A stretch of 64,000 bases of DNA, taken from the IMG/VR virus record IMGVR_UViG_3300031413_000001; one strand, 5' to 3'. Below, piece by piece: positions 29,644-39,461 of this stretch (positions within the stretch are counted from its first letter, which is position 1; every line of letters starts with the position of its first letter). A program made the position numbers and the translations under genes. The notes below the pieces were generated by a model. It searched no databases, was not told the origin of the DNA, and was given only the letters and a program-made list of their open reading frames with translations. Source of the stretch: a virus. Taxonomy: Duplodnaviria; Heunggongvirae; Uroviricota; Caudoviricetes.

Positions 29644-30059
29644 GTTCGATCTCCTACCAGCCCCCTGGGGCTTTTCCACTTGGTGTGAATAGCACAATTA
29701 GGACGAGGATCAAGAGAAAACCTCCCAATCCTATTATGACGCCAATCCAGTGATCATGTGTCATACGCGGATATAATCCTTTGGACGGTACTCACGACCG
29801 TTTGGATAGCGGTCGAGACCAAGAAGCTTCCACTCCTCTTCCGTCAAAAGCGTCCTGGCCTTGGCGAAAGCTGCCTCGGTTGGTGGATGAGTGTGAGTTT
29901 TCTTCTGCTCTTCTTCCAGCTTAGCCTGAACATAGTCTTCGCAATACTCAGTGCCAAAACTTGCGTAATTGTTGGCACCACAGTGATCGCAATAGCTCGA
30001 CGGATCGTAACCCATCTGACTGGCACGCCACTTGTGAGGAGTCTTGGGAAACAGGTTGT

Positions 30060-30410
30060 CTACCACTGCCCGTGTGCCTCGCTGGAAAAGGGATGAGTAC
30101 GCGCCTCATGCTCATGTCGCTGGCAATACCATTCGATACCACCGGCCCCGATCGCGCCATTGATCGCGGGCTCGCCACACGTATCGCAGAACTTATACTT
30201 CATGGGCGAACGACCATCGTGGCGGGGATATTTCTTGCTGGGCTTGCTATTGCCGACGTGACCGGGGCCTGATGCGCCGCCGCTCTGAACCTGTTTGATG
30301 GCCTTGCAGGACTTGCTGCAAAACTGTGCCCATCCACGTGCGCGATCTGCCGTCCTAGCCTGGAAAGGCTGCTGACACCGCTTGCACGAATATGTTGCCG
30401 TTGACGCCAC
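30060..30410 (-). CDS. Zinc-finger-type phage protein
   Basis: CKRCQQPFQARTADRARGWAQFCSKSC; CDTC...CQRH. Confidence 0.65.
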   Translation of the reverse strand: MASTATYSCKRCQQPFQARTADRARGWAQFCSKSCKAIKQVQSGGASGPGHVGNSKPSKKYPRHDGRSPMKYKFCDTCGEPAINGAIGAGGIEWYCQRHEHEARTHPFSSEAHGQW

Positions 30411-30651
30411 GCTTGCCTCCTCTTGTGTGTGTCCAACTATGGAGCCAAGAGTGGAAGCTGTCAACCAGTTTAATAGCCGCCCTGTGCTTCCCAGCGGCGA
30501 TGTTCCTCTTCCTCGCGAATGCGGGCAACCCGCTTGATCAGGATCAGGTCGATGATTGCCAGGACGCCCTTGCCTTCCAGCTTTTGGAAGCCAGTTTCCT
30601 TCAGAAATTCCGCTTCCTCGTTGGCACTAAAGTCCAGCTTGGTTGCACGGG

Positions 30652-31077
30652 TCACGATATCAGTTCCTTTCTATGCAGGAGTTCTGCCAGTTTGTCCTGG
30701 GAGACCTGCGCCATCTGTTGATGACCCAGCGAACCAGGGTTGAGCTTTACCTTTTCCTCGGCCTCATGGGCTTCCTTGCGGGCGACCGCGATCTCTTTGT
30801 CGAGTTGGATCTGGGCACCAAAACGAGGAGCGGGAGGCGGACCATTGAACTGCTTCATGGCCAGGCGCTCGGTAAAGGGCGTGTAGGTTGCGAGTGTCAG
30901 GTCGCCACGGACGATGAAAGCGAGGTTGGCACCATAGTGGTACCACCGATTGCCGGCCACGACCTTTTGACGGAACACATCCTTTAGATGCTCGGGCTGT
31001 TTGTCCCAGTCAGGGGTACGTTTGGGCGTACCCTCGCTGAGCTTGTCGAATATTGCCCTGGCCGTTGCCTCGATCAC
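30652..31077 (-). CDS. Hypothetical protein
   Basis: GTGA overlap with upstream gene. Confidence 0.55.
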   Translation of the reverse strand: MIEATARAIFDKLSEGTPKRTPDWDKQPEHLKDVFRQKVVAGNRWYHYGANLAFIVRGDLTLATYTPFTERLAMKQFNGPPPAPRFGAQIQLDKEIAVARKEAHEAEEKVKLNPGSLGHQQMAQVSQDKLAELLHRKELIS

Positions 31078-31676
31078 ACTAGCTCTCCAAAGAGGATATC
31101 GACCTGTGCAGCATCTTGGAAGAGAAAGCAAACGATAAAGCGGTTATCCTTTTCACCATCGGCCTTGTAAAACGTCACGCTCTCCAGACCACCACCGCTG
31201 AAAGTGCTGCGAGGTTCCAGATCGTACTTTGCCTCAATGTCCAGGACAAAGTTCCGCGCATCACGGTGATTGGTCTGCATCGACGTATAGGCGTTGAGCG
31301 ACTTGCGGAAGTTGACCGGCGGGGTTGGCTTGGGCTCACGCTCACCGACCAGCGCGATGCGCGAGAGAAAACGCTCGCCATAGGGCTGACCAGGGTCGAG
31401 CATGATGATGATCTGGTTGCGGAAGCGAAGCTGATCGAAGTGGCGCGTCCACTCCGTTTCATGCTCGGGCCAGAAGTCGACCAGGACGGTGATCTCCTTG
31501 TCGTTGATTGCATCCAGGGCCTTGGCACCCAGCATCCGATACTTGATGTCGGGGCCTATAATCGACTCCACGGTGGACGTCCGATCATCGCCCCAGATGC
31601 CGATCACGATGGGCGAACCACTTGCCGGACGCTTGCACATCTTGCGGACTAGTTCGATCTGTTCCTGGTCAATCAC
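31074..31676 (-). CDS. Hypothetical protein
   Basis: Promoter element and AGGAG RBS. Confidence 0.65.
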   Translation of the reverse strand: MIDQEQIELVRKMCKRPASGSPIVIGIWGDDRTSTVESIIGPDIKYRMLGAKALDAINDKEITVLVDFWPEHETEWTRHFDQLRFRNQIIIMLDPGQPYGERFLSRIALVGEREPKPTPPVNFRKSLNAYTSMQTNHRDARNFVLDIEAKYDLEPRSTFSGGGLESVTFYKADGEKDNRFIVCFLFQDAAQVDILFGELV

Positions 31677-31736
31677 TGCCTGTCTCCTGCATCTGTTGTC
31701 CTGGAATTAGCACCAGGAATCCACAGGGCAACCAGA

Positions 31737-32213
31737 TTATTCAGTGGGTTCCTCGGGCATCAAGTCCTTGACCAGAACATGCTTGATATTCTTCACCGCA
31801 GTTTCGTTGAACTCCTCGAGTACCTCGGGACCAAAGACCAGCTTGCCAGGATAGCCCTCGCGGGGCATCTTTCCACCACGCATCAGCGTAACGTGGGGCC
31901 GTAGGATGTTTGAATGATCCATTGTGGGCAGGAGTGCTGCGAGCTCCTCGTGGCGTTCCTTGACTGCGGGATGGCCGAAGCTGATAGCTTTCGCGATGTA
32001 GCCGAAGATCTGAATGGTCTTGTAGCCTTCGGGGATAACCAGCTGATTGGTCTGAAGGGTGATGCCACTCCAATCAACGGGTTCTCGACAGGTTGCCAGG
32101 GTCAGGTGCAGCTCATGGACTGGCATGATCTTCTTGATCCCAGTCTCATAGGCCCACTGCACCACATCGCTGGTGTTCAATAGGGGTCGGTATAGCCAGA
32201 GTGTCTTCATCAT
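31737..32213 (-). CDS. Acb1-like 2H phosphoesterase (putative anti-CBASS cyclic nucleotide nuclease)
   Basis: Two HxT motifs LHLTL and PHVTL; TLWLYRPLLN...W...PVDW...LVFGPE pattern. Confidence 0.75.
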   Translation of the reverse strand: MMKTLWLYRPLLNTSDVVQWAYETGIKKIMPVHELHLTLATCREPVDWSGITLQTNQLVIPEGYKTIQIFGYIAKAISFGHPAVKERHEELAALLPTMDHSNILRPHVTLMRGGKMPREGYPGKLVFGPEVLEEFNETAVKNIKHVLVKDLMPEEPTE

Positions 32214-32279
32214 CTTTGACCCATATTATAAGCTACTTTGGCTTGCAACTAAATTAGATATGAGATACACGATATTACG

Positions 32280-32610
32280 ACCCAGCCCCTTCCAGCGGGC
32301 TGACCCGGAATAGCATGGATTTCAGAATATCTCAATTAAGAAGCAACACAAAGGCGCGACTTCCTCGCTTTACCATCCGCTAAAGGAGAAGTCTTTCAAT
32401 TGGGTGCCGCGCCGGACGCCGGATACGACAACAGCGCCCCTGAGGGCGCTGTTGGGCTGGAGTCCATTGGATTCCGCGCCAACTTCCATGGCAGCAGCAA
32501 TCCCGATCCTATCTTTTCTCTAAAGCCCCTCGGCGCTATGGGGCGACGCCATGTTCCTTAGCGCATACGTACCTCCTTTCAGTTAGTGTTGATCCGCTGT
32601 TAATCTGTAG
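32280..32610 (-). ncRNA. Candidate structured RNA / leader with Met-Arg-stop minigene
   Basis: ORF-free, several hairpins (e.g. CAACAGCGCCC/GGGCGCTGTTG), promoter element at ~32615-32652; strand uncertain. Confidence 0.4.
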
Positions 32611-32654
32611 CTGCACTCAGGACATTAGTGCCAACATCCTGAGCGTCAACCGTT

Positions 32655-33065
32655 TTATTCGGCGTCGGGATACATTTCCTTCAAACGCTTGAGATCTGCC
32701 AGATCTTGCGCCTTTTGGAGATTGGCGGTTTCCTCAAGGGCACGTACCTGTTCCCGCAGAATCAGGGAACGTCGCTTGCTGTCATCGGCCCATTCGATTG
32801 CCCGCCAGTTATTGTCCAGATAGTCAACCGGGAAAGTAACCAGCCGCGAACCACCGCCGTCCCAGTTCTCGTGGAAGACGACCTCGATCGTGGCTTCGTC
32901 CTCATTCAACTGCCAGCTGTCGAAGCGGACATTCTTGAGGAGTGGGTACTGAACGGGGTTGAGCTCCTCCCTGTACTTTTGGACCGCCTCGGCCATGTCG
33001 CGCATCATGTTACGGATGCGGCGCTTCTCGACCAAGTAGGCCTGGATATTGGAAAGCTCGCTCAC
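32655..33065 (-). CDS. Hypothetical protein
   Basis: GTGA overlap. Confidence 0.6.
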   Translation of the reverse strand: MSELSNIQAYLVEKRRIRNMMRDMAEAVQKYREELNPVQYPLLKNVRFDSWQLNEDEATIEVVFHENWDGGGSRLVTFPVDYLDNNWRAIEWADDSKRRSLILREQVRALEETANLQKAQDLADLKRLKEMYPDAE

Positions 33066-33418
33066 TTTTCCGAAACCGAAGCGTGGGCGGGCTTGGGGCC
33101 TGCACCGTTGACGATCAGCGCCGCTGCGCGTTCGTCGGCCGACATTGCATCCAGGGAGATCCAGCCGTGCTTTCCAGCTACTGCGCGGAACATCGTCGAG
33201 ACCTGCAGTTCCAGGTTCTTGGGAAGCGTAAAGCGGAACGTGTCGACTGCGCCCTTCTTGACTCGGAGATCGACCAGCTGCTCGCCCTTGGGCAAGTTGA
33301 TGGACTTGACCCTGTTGGTCGGCAGGATCTGAACGACATCGTCCTTTACCCGAATCCGGACCTTCGTGTTAGCGCCGACCAGTGCCGATGCCAGCTTGTT
33401 AAGATTCACAGTAGCCAT
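33062..33418 (-). CDS. Hypothetical protein, paralog of 33762-34127
   Basis: VNLNK.ASAL.G...QILPTNRVKSINLPKGE...GKHGW. Confidence 0.8.
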   Translation of the reverse strand: MATVNLNKLASALVGANTKVRIRVKDDVVQILPTNRVKSINLPKGEQLVDLRVKKGAVDTFRFTLPKNLELQVSTMFRAVAGKHGWISLDAMSADERAAALIVNGAGPKPAHASVSEK

Positions 33419-33761
33419 TTTCGATCTCCTCGTTTGCGTTTCCTATGTTCTGGTTTTAGCACCAGAACAGACAGCGTCAACCAGTTTATTCAACCATTTC
33501 CACTTCTTCCACCTCGTAAGTGGAGTCATAGCTGCTGGTCCGCTTGCCATTGTGATCGGCAGCATAGGCATCAGCATCGGCTTCATTCTTGAACGCTTTG
33601 TGGGCGCGGCGACTATCGTACTCACCGTTGAAGTACACATCCATAACAATGTAGATCATGTTGATCTCCTCGTTGTGGGCGACCATCGCCCCGTCCATGT
33701 TCTGGATGTACACTCTGGTGAGAGGGCGTCAACCACTTTCTCACCAGAGTCTCGAACTCTT

Positions 33762-34127
33762 TTACTTTGCGGTGATGCTTGCGCCAGCAGGGGCAGCCTG
33801 ACCGATCGGGGTCTTCAGCAGCTCTGCGGCCTCGGTCACGTTGACCATCGTGAGCCAGCCATGCTTGCCCTGGACGATGTTGAACTTTGCGCCCTCTGCG
33901 CCGTCGAGTTCGTTGAGGCCGGCCACGTCGGGCATCTGGAAGCGAACCGTACCGCGATCTGCGCGAACCTTCAGTTCAGCGAGCATTTCGCCCTTGGGCA
34001 AGTTGATCGACTTGACACGATTCGTGGGGAGAATCTGCAACATGCCGCCGAGGACGCGAACGCGAACCTTAGCCGAAGTGCCGATCAGTGCCGAAGCGTT
34101 CTTGTTGAGATTTACCAGCTTGCCCAT
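33762..34127 (-). CDS. Hypothetical protein, paralog of 33062-33418
   Basis: Same motifs as 33062-33418. Confidence 0.8.
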   Translation of the reverse strand: MGKLVNLNKNASALIGTSAKVRVRVLGGMLQILPTNRVKSINLPKGEMLAELKVRADRGTVRFQMPDVAGLNELDGAEGAKFNIVQGKHGWLTMVNVTEAAELLKTPIGQAAPAGASITAK

Positions 34128-34405
34128 TGTGCGTCTCCTCGTTTGCGTTTCCGATAAACAAGCTCTAACACCAGGAAATGGAACGTCAACCAGTTTTGTT
34201 CTGGTTTTGTTCAGATAATTTGATCAGTCGTCGAGGTCGATCTTTTTGCCCTCGCGACGACGCTTCCGCGCGCTGGTGGCCTTGTAGCTCATGTCCTTTC
34301 GGTGGTCGCCTCCGTCCATGCCACCCTTTTTGTTGCTGCGGTGCAGCTTGGCGAGGATTTCAATGAACCAACCGGTCCGAATTTTACCACCCATAGTTGA
34401 CCTCC

Positions 34406-34654
34406 TTAGCGGACGATGACCGAGACCTTGCCGTAAGCCCCACTGTGGAACCACGTTTTGGCCTCGCGGATTTGGACCTTGCCAATTTGCGCTGGTGTAT
34501 AGCCCTGCGAGTTGACCGTCTGATCCGGCTGGTTGATGTTGCCCATTGCAACAGCGACGTCACGTTCCAGCGTTTCCATTGCCTTTTCCTGGCGCTCCAG
34601 GAGTTCCCCACGGAGGTGGCTGACATCGCTGTAAATGATCGTTACCTGCTTCAT
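34406..34654 (-). CDS. Hypothetical protein
   Basis: Promoter element and RBS. Confidence 0.6.
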   Translation of the reverse strand: MKQVTIIYSDVSHLRGELLERQEKAMETLERDVAVAMGNINQPDQTVNSQGYTPAQIGKVQIREAKTWFHSGAYGKVSVIVR

Positions 34655-34708
34655 CGTGGACTCCTGGTGTTTCCTATAAAAAGAGGAGTAACACCAGGAT
34701 CCTGGTGA

Positions 34709-35284
34709 TCAACCGCTTTTTGCTTTTCCTCGGACATTTTCTGGAAGCTCATAGGGGTCATACGCCGCTGCCTTGTCGGCAGTGACCTTGTTGGCATGCT
34801 CGATGCCCAGTCGCAGACCACGCTCCGATGATGGAAGGGGAGGACGACCAGCGGCTACATCGCGACCGATCACGTCCTGGAGCCAGGCGATGTTTTTGTT
34901 GGCTGCTGCCTCGATATCAGGATACAGTCGGAGGCGAGCGTCGCCATCGAACCGCTCGTTGATTGGACGATGTGGCGTGGTGTCCGTGATGTAGCCCTCA
35001 AGGCCGGCGAGTGGATTCTCATACTCCCGCCAGAAGGTAAACGGAGGCATCATGCCTCCCTTGGTGGACAGAAAGGAACCTTGCTTGGCACCAAGTGCCT
35101 CGGCGCTGTACCAGAGCACAAGGGCAACGTCGCCCTGATATGTCCAGTGGCGAGCAGTTGTGTTGGGACGATGGCGATGCGTGGCATCGAGAAAGCTGTC
35201 CTCGTAGGTCCACGCCGCGCCGCTCGTGACCTCGATCACGCGATCGGTGGGAGGAGCAATGTCCTCGACCTTGTTCCACGGCAT
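34709..35284 (-). CDS. Hypothetical protein
   Basis: ORF in operon. Confidence 0.65.
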   Translation of the reverse strand: MPWNKVEDIAPPTDRVIEVTSGAAWTYEDSFLDATHRHRPNTTARHWTYQGDVALVLWYSAEALGAKQGSFLSTKGGMMPPFTFWREYENPLAGLEGYITDTTPHRPINERFDGDARLRLYPDIEAAANKNIAWLQDVIGRDVAAGRPPLPSSERGLRLGIEHANKVTADKAAAYDPYELPENVRGKAKSG

Positions 35285-35285
35285 A

Positions 35286-35588
35286 TCAGTTCCCCTTTAC
35301 GAGAATGCGCTCTGCAGCGAGAGCAGTTGCGGGCAAATACTTGTAGTCGGTTGCGTTTGCGAGATACTTGAGGGCACCCTCATAGGCTGCGCGGAGCGTT
35401 GGGCGCACACGCATGTTAGTGTCTTCGCGGAAGTAACGCGAGAGCGCCTCGCACATCAGCTGGGCATTTTGCGCTTGCGGATGCTTGAGCTTTGCGGGGA
35501 TATACTTGCCGCCACCCGGCGCGATCAGATCCTCGGTGATGATCCAACCGGTCTTCATGCGCGTATTGTGGGTGTAAATGAGCAGCAT
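35286..35588 (-). CDS. Hypothetical protein
   Basis: Promoter element and RBS. Confidence 0.65.
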   Translation of the reverse strand: MLLIYTHNTRMKTGWIITEDLIAPGGGKYIPAKLKHPQAQNAQLMCEALSRYFREDTNMRVRPTLRAAYEGALKYLANATDYKYLPATALAAERILVKGN

Positions 35589-35648
35589 GTCTATCTCCTG
35601 TGCGTCCGATAAACAGACACTAGCACCAGAGTTTGGCTATGCAACCAG

Positions 35649-35978
35649 TTATTTGCCTCGAAGCCAGGCCCAGAAACCCTTTTTGGCGATGTTTTTGGCA
35701 ATGACCGCGGTGGCCTTGGCCTCAAAGAGTTTTCCCTCAGGGCCACACATTCCTTTCTGGGAGCGAACGTTGGCACACTCTGGCAGCTTGACATCGTAGC
35801 CACCATGAGGAGTGAATGTCTCGAGACGCGCCAGCTCATTGGTGCAGTAGTCGAAATTGGACACACCGCCCAGCCAGCTTTTCCAGTATTTGCACTGGTG
35901 ACAGGGACCGGGCCAGTTGAGTGTGTCCTGCTCAGCCTTCTTCAACGCCGCTTGGGCTCTGGCTAAAAGGTCACTCAC
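35649..35978 (-). CDS. Cys-rich hypothetical phage protein
   Basis: CHQCKY...C...C...CGPEGKLFE. Confidence 0.6.
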   Translation of the reverse strand: MSDLLARAQAALKKAEQDTLNWPGPCHQCKYWKSWLGGVSNFDYCTNELARLETFTPHGGYDVKLPECANVRSQKGMCGPEGKLFEAKATAVIAKNIAKKGFWAWLRGK

Positions 35979-36844
35979 CGCTTCAATTTCTCCATCATCA
36001 GCTTGGTGCTGAGCACCTCGTTTTTGTCAAACTTCATCAGCGCCGGATTGTGCTGACCAGTCTTGGTCGCGTGGCTGCTGACTTCTCCCTGCAGCCGCAC
36101 TTCCTTTTTGTCAAGGATGGTCTCAGCGGTGATGAAACCGCTGGTGTGGGTTCTTTTCAGACGTGCGATCACCAGCTCATCGCGGCGCGAATAGATGAAC
36201 ATGTCACCGATTGCCAGCTCGTTGCCGAACATATCCAGGGGAACGCAGGGCAGGAGATCAACCTTCTTGGCCTTTTCCTCCTCGGTCTTGGGAGGCTTTT
36301 TGGCAAACAGATAGACCGTTGGTCCCACGTGATTGGGAAGGATCTCAAGGCCGGCTTGGTCGCCCCAGTTAGTAGCAACAGGCTTTCGACCATCGAACTC
36401 GTAACGAAGCGTCTTTGAACCGTCCTGCTCAATCCACTCCATCATGTAGATTTCCAGCAGGTTGGGCTCCCTGATACCCATGAAGCCCGACTTGCTTTCG
36501 CGGATGAAGATGTTGGGATCCGTTGGCAATGTTCCTTGGCGGATGATATTGTAAGCGGGGCCCTTGGGAACTGAACTTATGTTGCGGAGTTGAAGACAGT
36601 CGCGCTCGATCTTTGCGATGCTGCCGGCCCTTGCACCACTGTGGATCTTGGCATAGATGGGCCGACCAGCCTTGAAGTCCTCGACCATCTTGGCCATGCC
36701 CTGGATGAGAAGCTGGCGATTGGCGATCACATTCTCGATCGTCTCGTCGGACTGGTCAGCGTACCGTCCCCGGTAGATGTCGCCCTTGAGATTTCCTATC
36801 TCAACCATCGTATCAGGGTTGTTGTGCAAATGGTACCACGACAT
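35975..36844 (-). CDS. Hypothetical protein
   Basis: 289-aa ORF, TGATG coupling. Confidence 0.75.
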   Translation of the reverse strand: MSWYHLHNNPDTMVEIGNLKGDIYRGRYADQSDETIENVIANRQLLIQGMAKMVEDFKAGRPIYAKIHSGARAGSIAKIERDCLQLRNISSVPKGPAYNIIRQGTLPTDPNIFIRESKSGFMGIREPNLLEIYMMEWIEQDGSKTLRYEFDGRKPVATNWGDQAGLEILPNHVGPTVYLFAKKPPKTEEEKAKKVDLLPCVPLDMFGNELAIGDMFIYSRRDELVIARLKRTHTSGFITAETILDKKEVRLQGEVSSHATKTGQHNPALMKFDKNEVLSTKLMMEKLKR

Positions 36845-37524
36845 CAGTTGTCATCCTCTTCCGAATAAGTCCCACCCTCGCTCCAGAGGTACTGCCTGAT
36901 TTCCTTCAAGCATTCCAGAAGCGAACCAGTAATCCGAGCCCTGCCCCAGCTGCGATCGATGTCACGGTGATCAAAGATCGCCCACTCGTCGCCCTGGATC
37001 CACGCCAACTTCCAGTCGTTATAGCGGGAAAGAGTGTGCTCTGCAATGTTAAATCCGCGCATCAGGTCAGTCTTGACCGCTGCGCCCTTGCTGGTCAGCT
37101 TGAGCGTTCCCTCGAACATTCCGGGGCGGATCACGGGCAGGACGCTTTCGATCAGCTGGCTCAGGGTCACCAGCTTGTCGTCATCCCACTTGTGGTTGAC
37201 CGCAACCGTGAGGCAGTTCTGATCCGTCCGGCACCAGTGACCGCCACCATTCCGCAGACCAGATCCCTGCCATGCGCCCTTCCAGGAAAGCTGCGAGAGA
37301 TACGCATCGCCGCGCTTGTTCCAGCCGCTGGCCACATTGGTTTCCAGAGCCTTCTCCAGCGTCATCGCTTCCTTGGCCTCTTCGGCCAGCTGGGCAGTGG
37401 TGAAAGCATTGTGGGCGATGTGGAAGTTGTCCTGGGCCCTCTTGAGAGCATCGCGGGCTCGATCAAGATTTGCCGTCAGTTGTTCGATCGTCTTCGCCAC
37501 CGCGTTTCTCCTCGTTGTCTGCAT
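36844..37524 (-). CDS. Hypothetical protein
   Basis: 226-aa ORF (start may be GTG at 37500). Confidence 0.7.
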   Translation of the reverse strand: MQTTRRNAVAKTIEQLTANLDRARDALKRAQDNFHIAHNAFTTAQLAEEAKEAMTLEKALETNVASGWNKRGDAYLSQLSWKGAWQGSGLRNGGGHWCRTDQNCLTVAVNHKWDDDKLVTLSQLIESVLPVIRPGMFEGTLKLTSKGAAVKTDLMRGFNIAEHTLSRYNDWKLAWIQGDEWAIFDHRDIDRSWGRARITGSLLECLKEIRQYLWSEGGTYSEEDDN

Positions 37525-37551
37525 TCTGGATAGCAGACCTGTCCTGGTTGT

Positions 37552-37998
37552 CTACCAGAATCTCTTGCGCGAGTAAAAAGAAAGCGGATCCATTAGGCGC
37601 ACGTGATCCCTGCTCTTGCCCTTTAAGTCCTCGTAACATTCGCACATGAACTCGGGGCTGGTTCGAGCATCGGGGACAATGGGCTTGCAGATCTTCTTCA
37701 TGCCCGATTCAATGAAGTGGCAGATTTCCGCCTTGTTGGTGCGATCTCGCCAAGTACCATCACGCATCTGATACTTGAGTGCCGCGCATTGAACTCGACC
37801 CTTTTTGTCAAGCCCAACGTTGTTGAAACAGGAAACACATTGACTTGGACGTTGAGGCCCAAAGTAAGCCTTTTCCCATTGACAGGCCCGGCAATAACCA
37901 ATGCAATCGGACACCGTGCCGGAGGCAAATGGCACATCGCACCTCATGCAACGTGGAGCGGTACTAGAAACCGCTGGGGCTTTGGGACGGCTGCTCAT
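37552..37998 (-). CDS. Cys-rich hypothetical protein
   Basis: Multiple CxxC. Confidence 0.55.
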   Translation of the reverse strand: MSSRPKAPAVSSTAPRCMRCDVPFASGTVSDCIGYCRACQWEKAYFGPQRPSQCVSCFNNVGLDKKGRVQCAALKYQMRDGTWRDRTNKAEICHFIESGMKKICKPIVPDARTSPEFMCECYEDLKGKSRDHVRLMDPLSFYSRKRFW

Positions 37999-38300
37999 CA
38001 GTGGACGGTCGCGAGTTCGCGCTCCAAGTCCTCACATTCCAGCAACCAGACCAGCGTGAGCTCCCAGTCGCCGCGATGATCGTTCTGATGCTCCCAGAGG
38101 ACGTCCTCGATGGGATAAAAGCTACCATGCTCGTTGATGTGGTCGCGAACCTGACGTGGGAGACGATCGAACGCATCCATGTCGATCTGCCGACCCTCTT
38201 CCCAGTGAGGAGTGTCCTCGGTCTGGGTGCTCATTTCGGCGATGGCCTGTGCCAGCATGCCAGCAATGCTGGAGCCGCTCAGAAGATCCGCGTAGCCCAT
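37998..38300 (-). CDS. Hypothetical protein
   Basis: GGAGG RBS; MDAFDRLPRQVR. Confidence 0.6.
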   Translation of the reverse strand: MGYADLLSGSSIAGMLAQAIAEMSTQTEDTPHWEEGRQIDMDAFDRLPRQVRDHINEHGSFYPIEDVLWEHQNDHRGDWELTLVWLLECEDLERELATVH

Positions 38301-39031
38301 TTTATGCCTCCACGCTGCGGTCGAGGAGATTGTTCTTTCCGATGCCGCCGCCCCAGCCCTTCCGGATGGTGATGGCCGAGCCAGCGCGGGTGAAGAACTC
38401 AGGGGAGCCGTTGAGAACACGTCGCACCTGACGACGCTGCATGTTGCGAACGCCCCGCTTTCCCGTCGTGTTGCTCATCTTGTTTCTCCCTACGTTGCCT
38501 ATGTTCTGGTATTACTACCAGAGTTCCTGGTGTCAACCAGTATTTGTTAGCTGATCTTCTCCGACTATGAAACCGCTGAGTTCACCTGGCTCTTTGTTGA
38601 GAAGCTTGGTGAGGATCATGTCCTCGCTGCCGATCTTTTCAACCAGCACCCGTCGACCGTTATATTTCTCATGACGAGGGTTAAGTCCTTGGATTGTGTA
38701 CTCACCGCCCTCAACGATCGTTGCATCAGCCATCTTCGATCTCCTAGTTGCCTACACCTCTGTCCTAGCAAACTGGACAGGACTGTCAACCAGTTTTACA
38801 GAAAAGAGTTGGCCCTCTCGATCAACGCCTTGTCCTCACTATCCAGGGAAAGCGAGCAGTGGGCGTTCCGCTCATGAAGTTCCAATGCCTCGACCAGAAG
38901 ACGGATGACCTCACGCATGTCAATCATACGCTCGAGATCTTCCCCAACGCCGTTGGTGCCATGGATGGGGCAGTTGGGGTCCTCTGCTATCCAGGGACCC
39001 CCGATCTGATGGCACTGATGTCCACAGTCCA

Positions 39032-39403
39032 TTACGCGCCCTTCAGCTTGAGCTTGAACGTCCGAGTACCCTGCGAAGTGCCCGCCGTCTCGACCATATC
39101 CTTGGGGATATCGTAGTAGTGGGCAATCCAGCCGCTCTCACGAAGCACCGTCCGCGTCTCTGCGAGCTTGCCCTTGTCCTTGCCGCGAGTGATCAGCTTC
39201 TTGGTGACCTGCACCTTCCGATTGTGCTTCTCGAGGCTGTAAAGGCGGACGATGCCATCGTAACGGCCGTCCCGTCGACCGACCAGACCGTAGCCGTAAT
39301 GGCGCTGGAAACCAGTGCGGAAATCACCTTCGAGCTTGCGGATGATATCCTGCTTGCTCTTTGCCGAAATCTTCGTCGCCTTGATCTTGATCACAACGGC
39401 CAT
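39032..39403 (-). CDS. Basic hypothetical protein
   Basis: Promoter element and RBS. Confidence 0.65.
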   Translation of the reverse strand: MAVVIKIKATKISAKSKQDIIRKLEGDFRTGFQRHYGYGLVGRRDGRYDGIVRLYSLEKHNRKVQVTKKLITRGKDKGKLAETRTVLRESGWIAHYYDIPKDMVETAGTSQGTRTFKLKLKGA

Positions 39404-39461
39404 CTGCTGTCTCCCTGTGTGCGTTTCCTATGTACCAGGAATAGCACCAGAGTTGAGCACG

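Noticed and set aside
31074-31140. C-terminus FLFQDAAQVDILFGELV as a further FKLTW-family member
   Set aside because: Only F-x-D and LF match; K-L-T-W is absent, so support is insufficient.
32280-32600. tRNA, tmRNA or RNase P RNA
   Set aside because: No T-loop GTTCRA, CCA-ended acceptor stem or complete RNase P P4 consensus found by eye.
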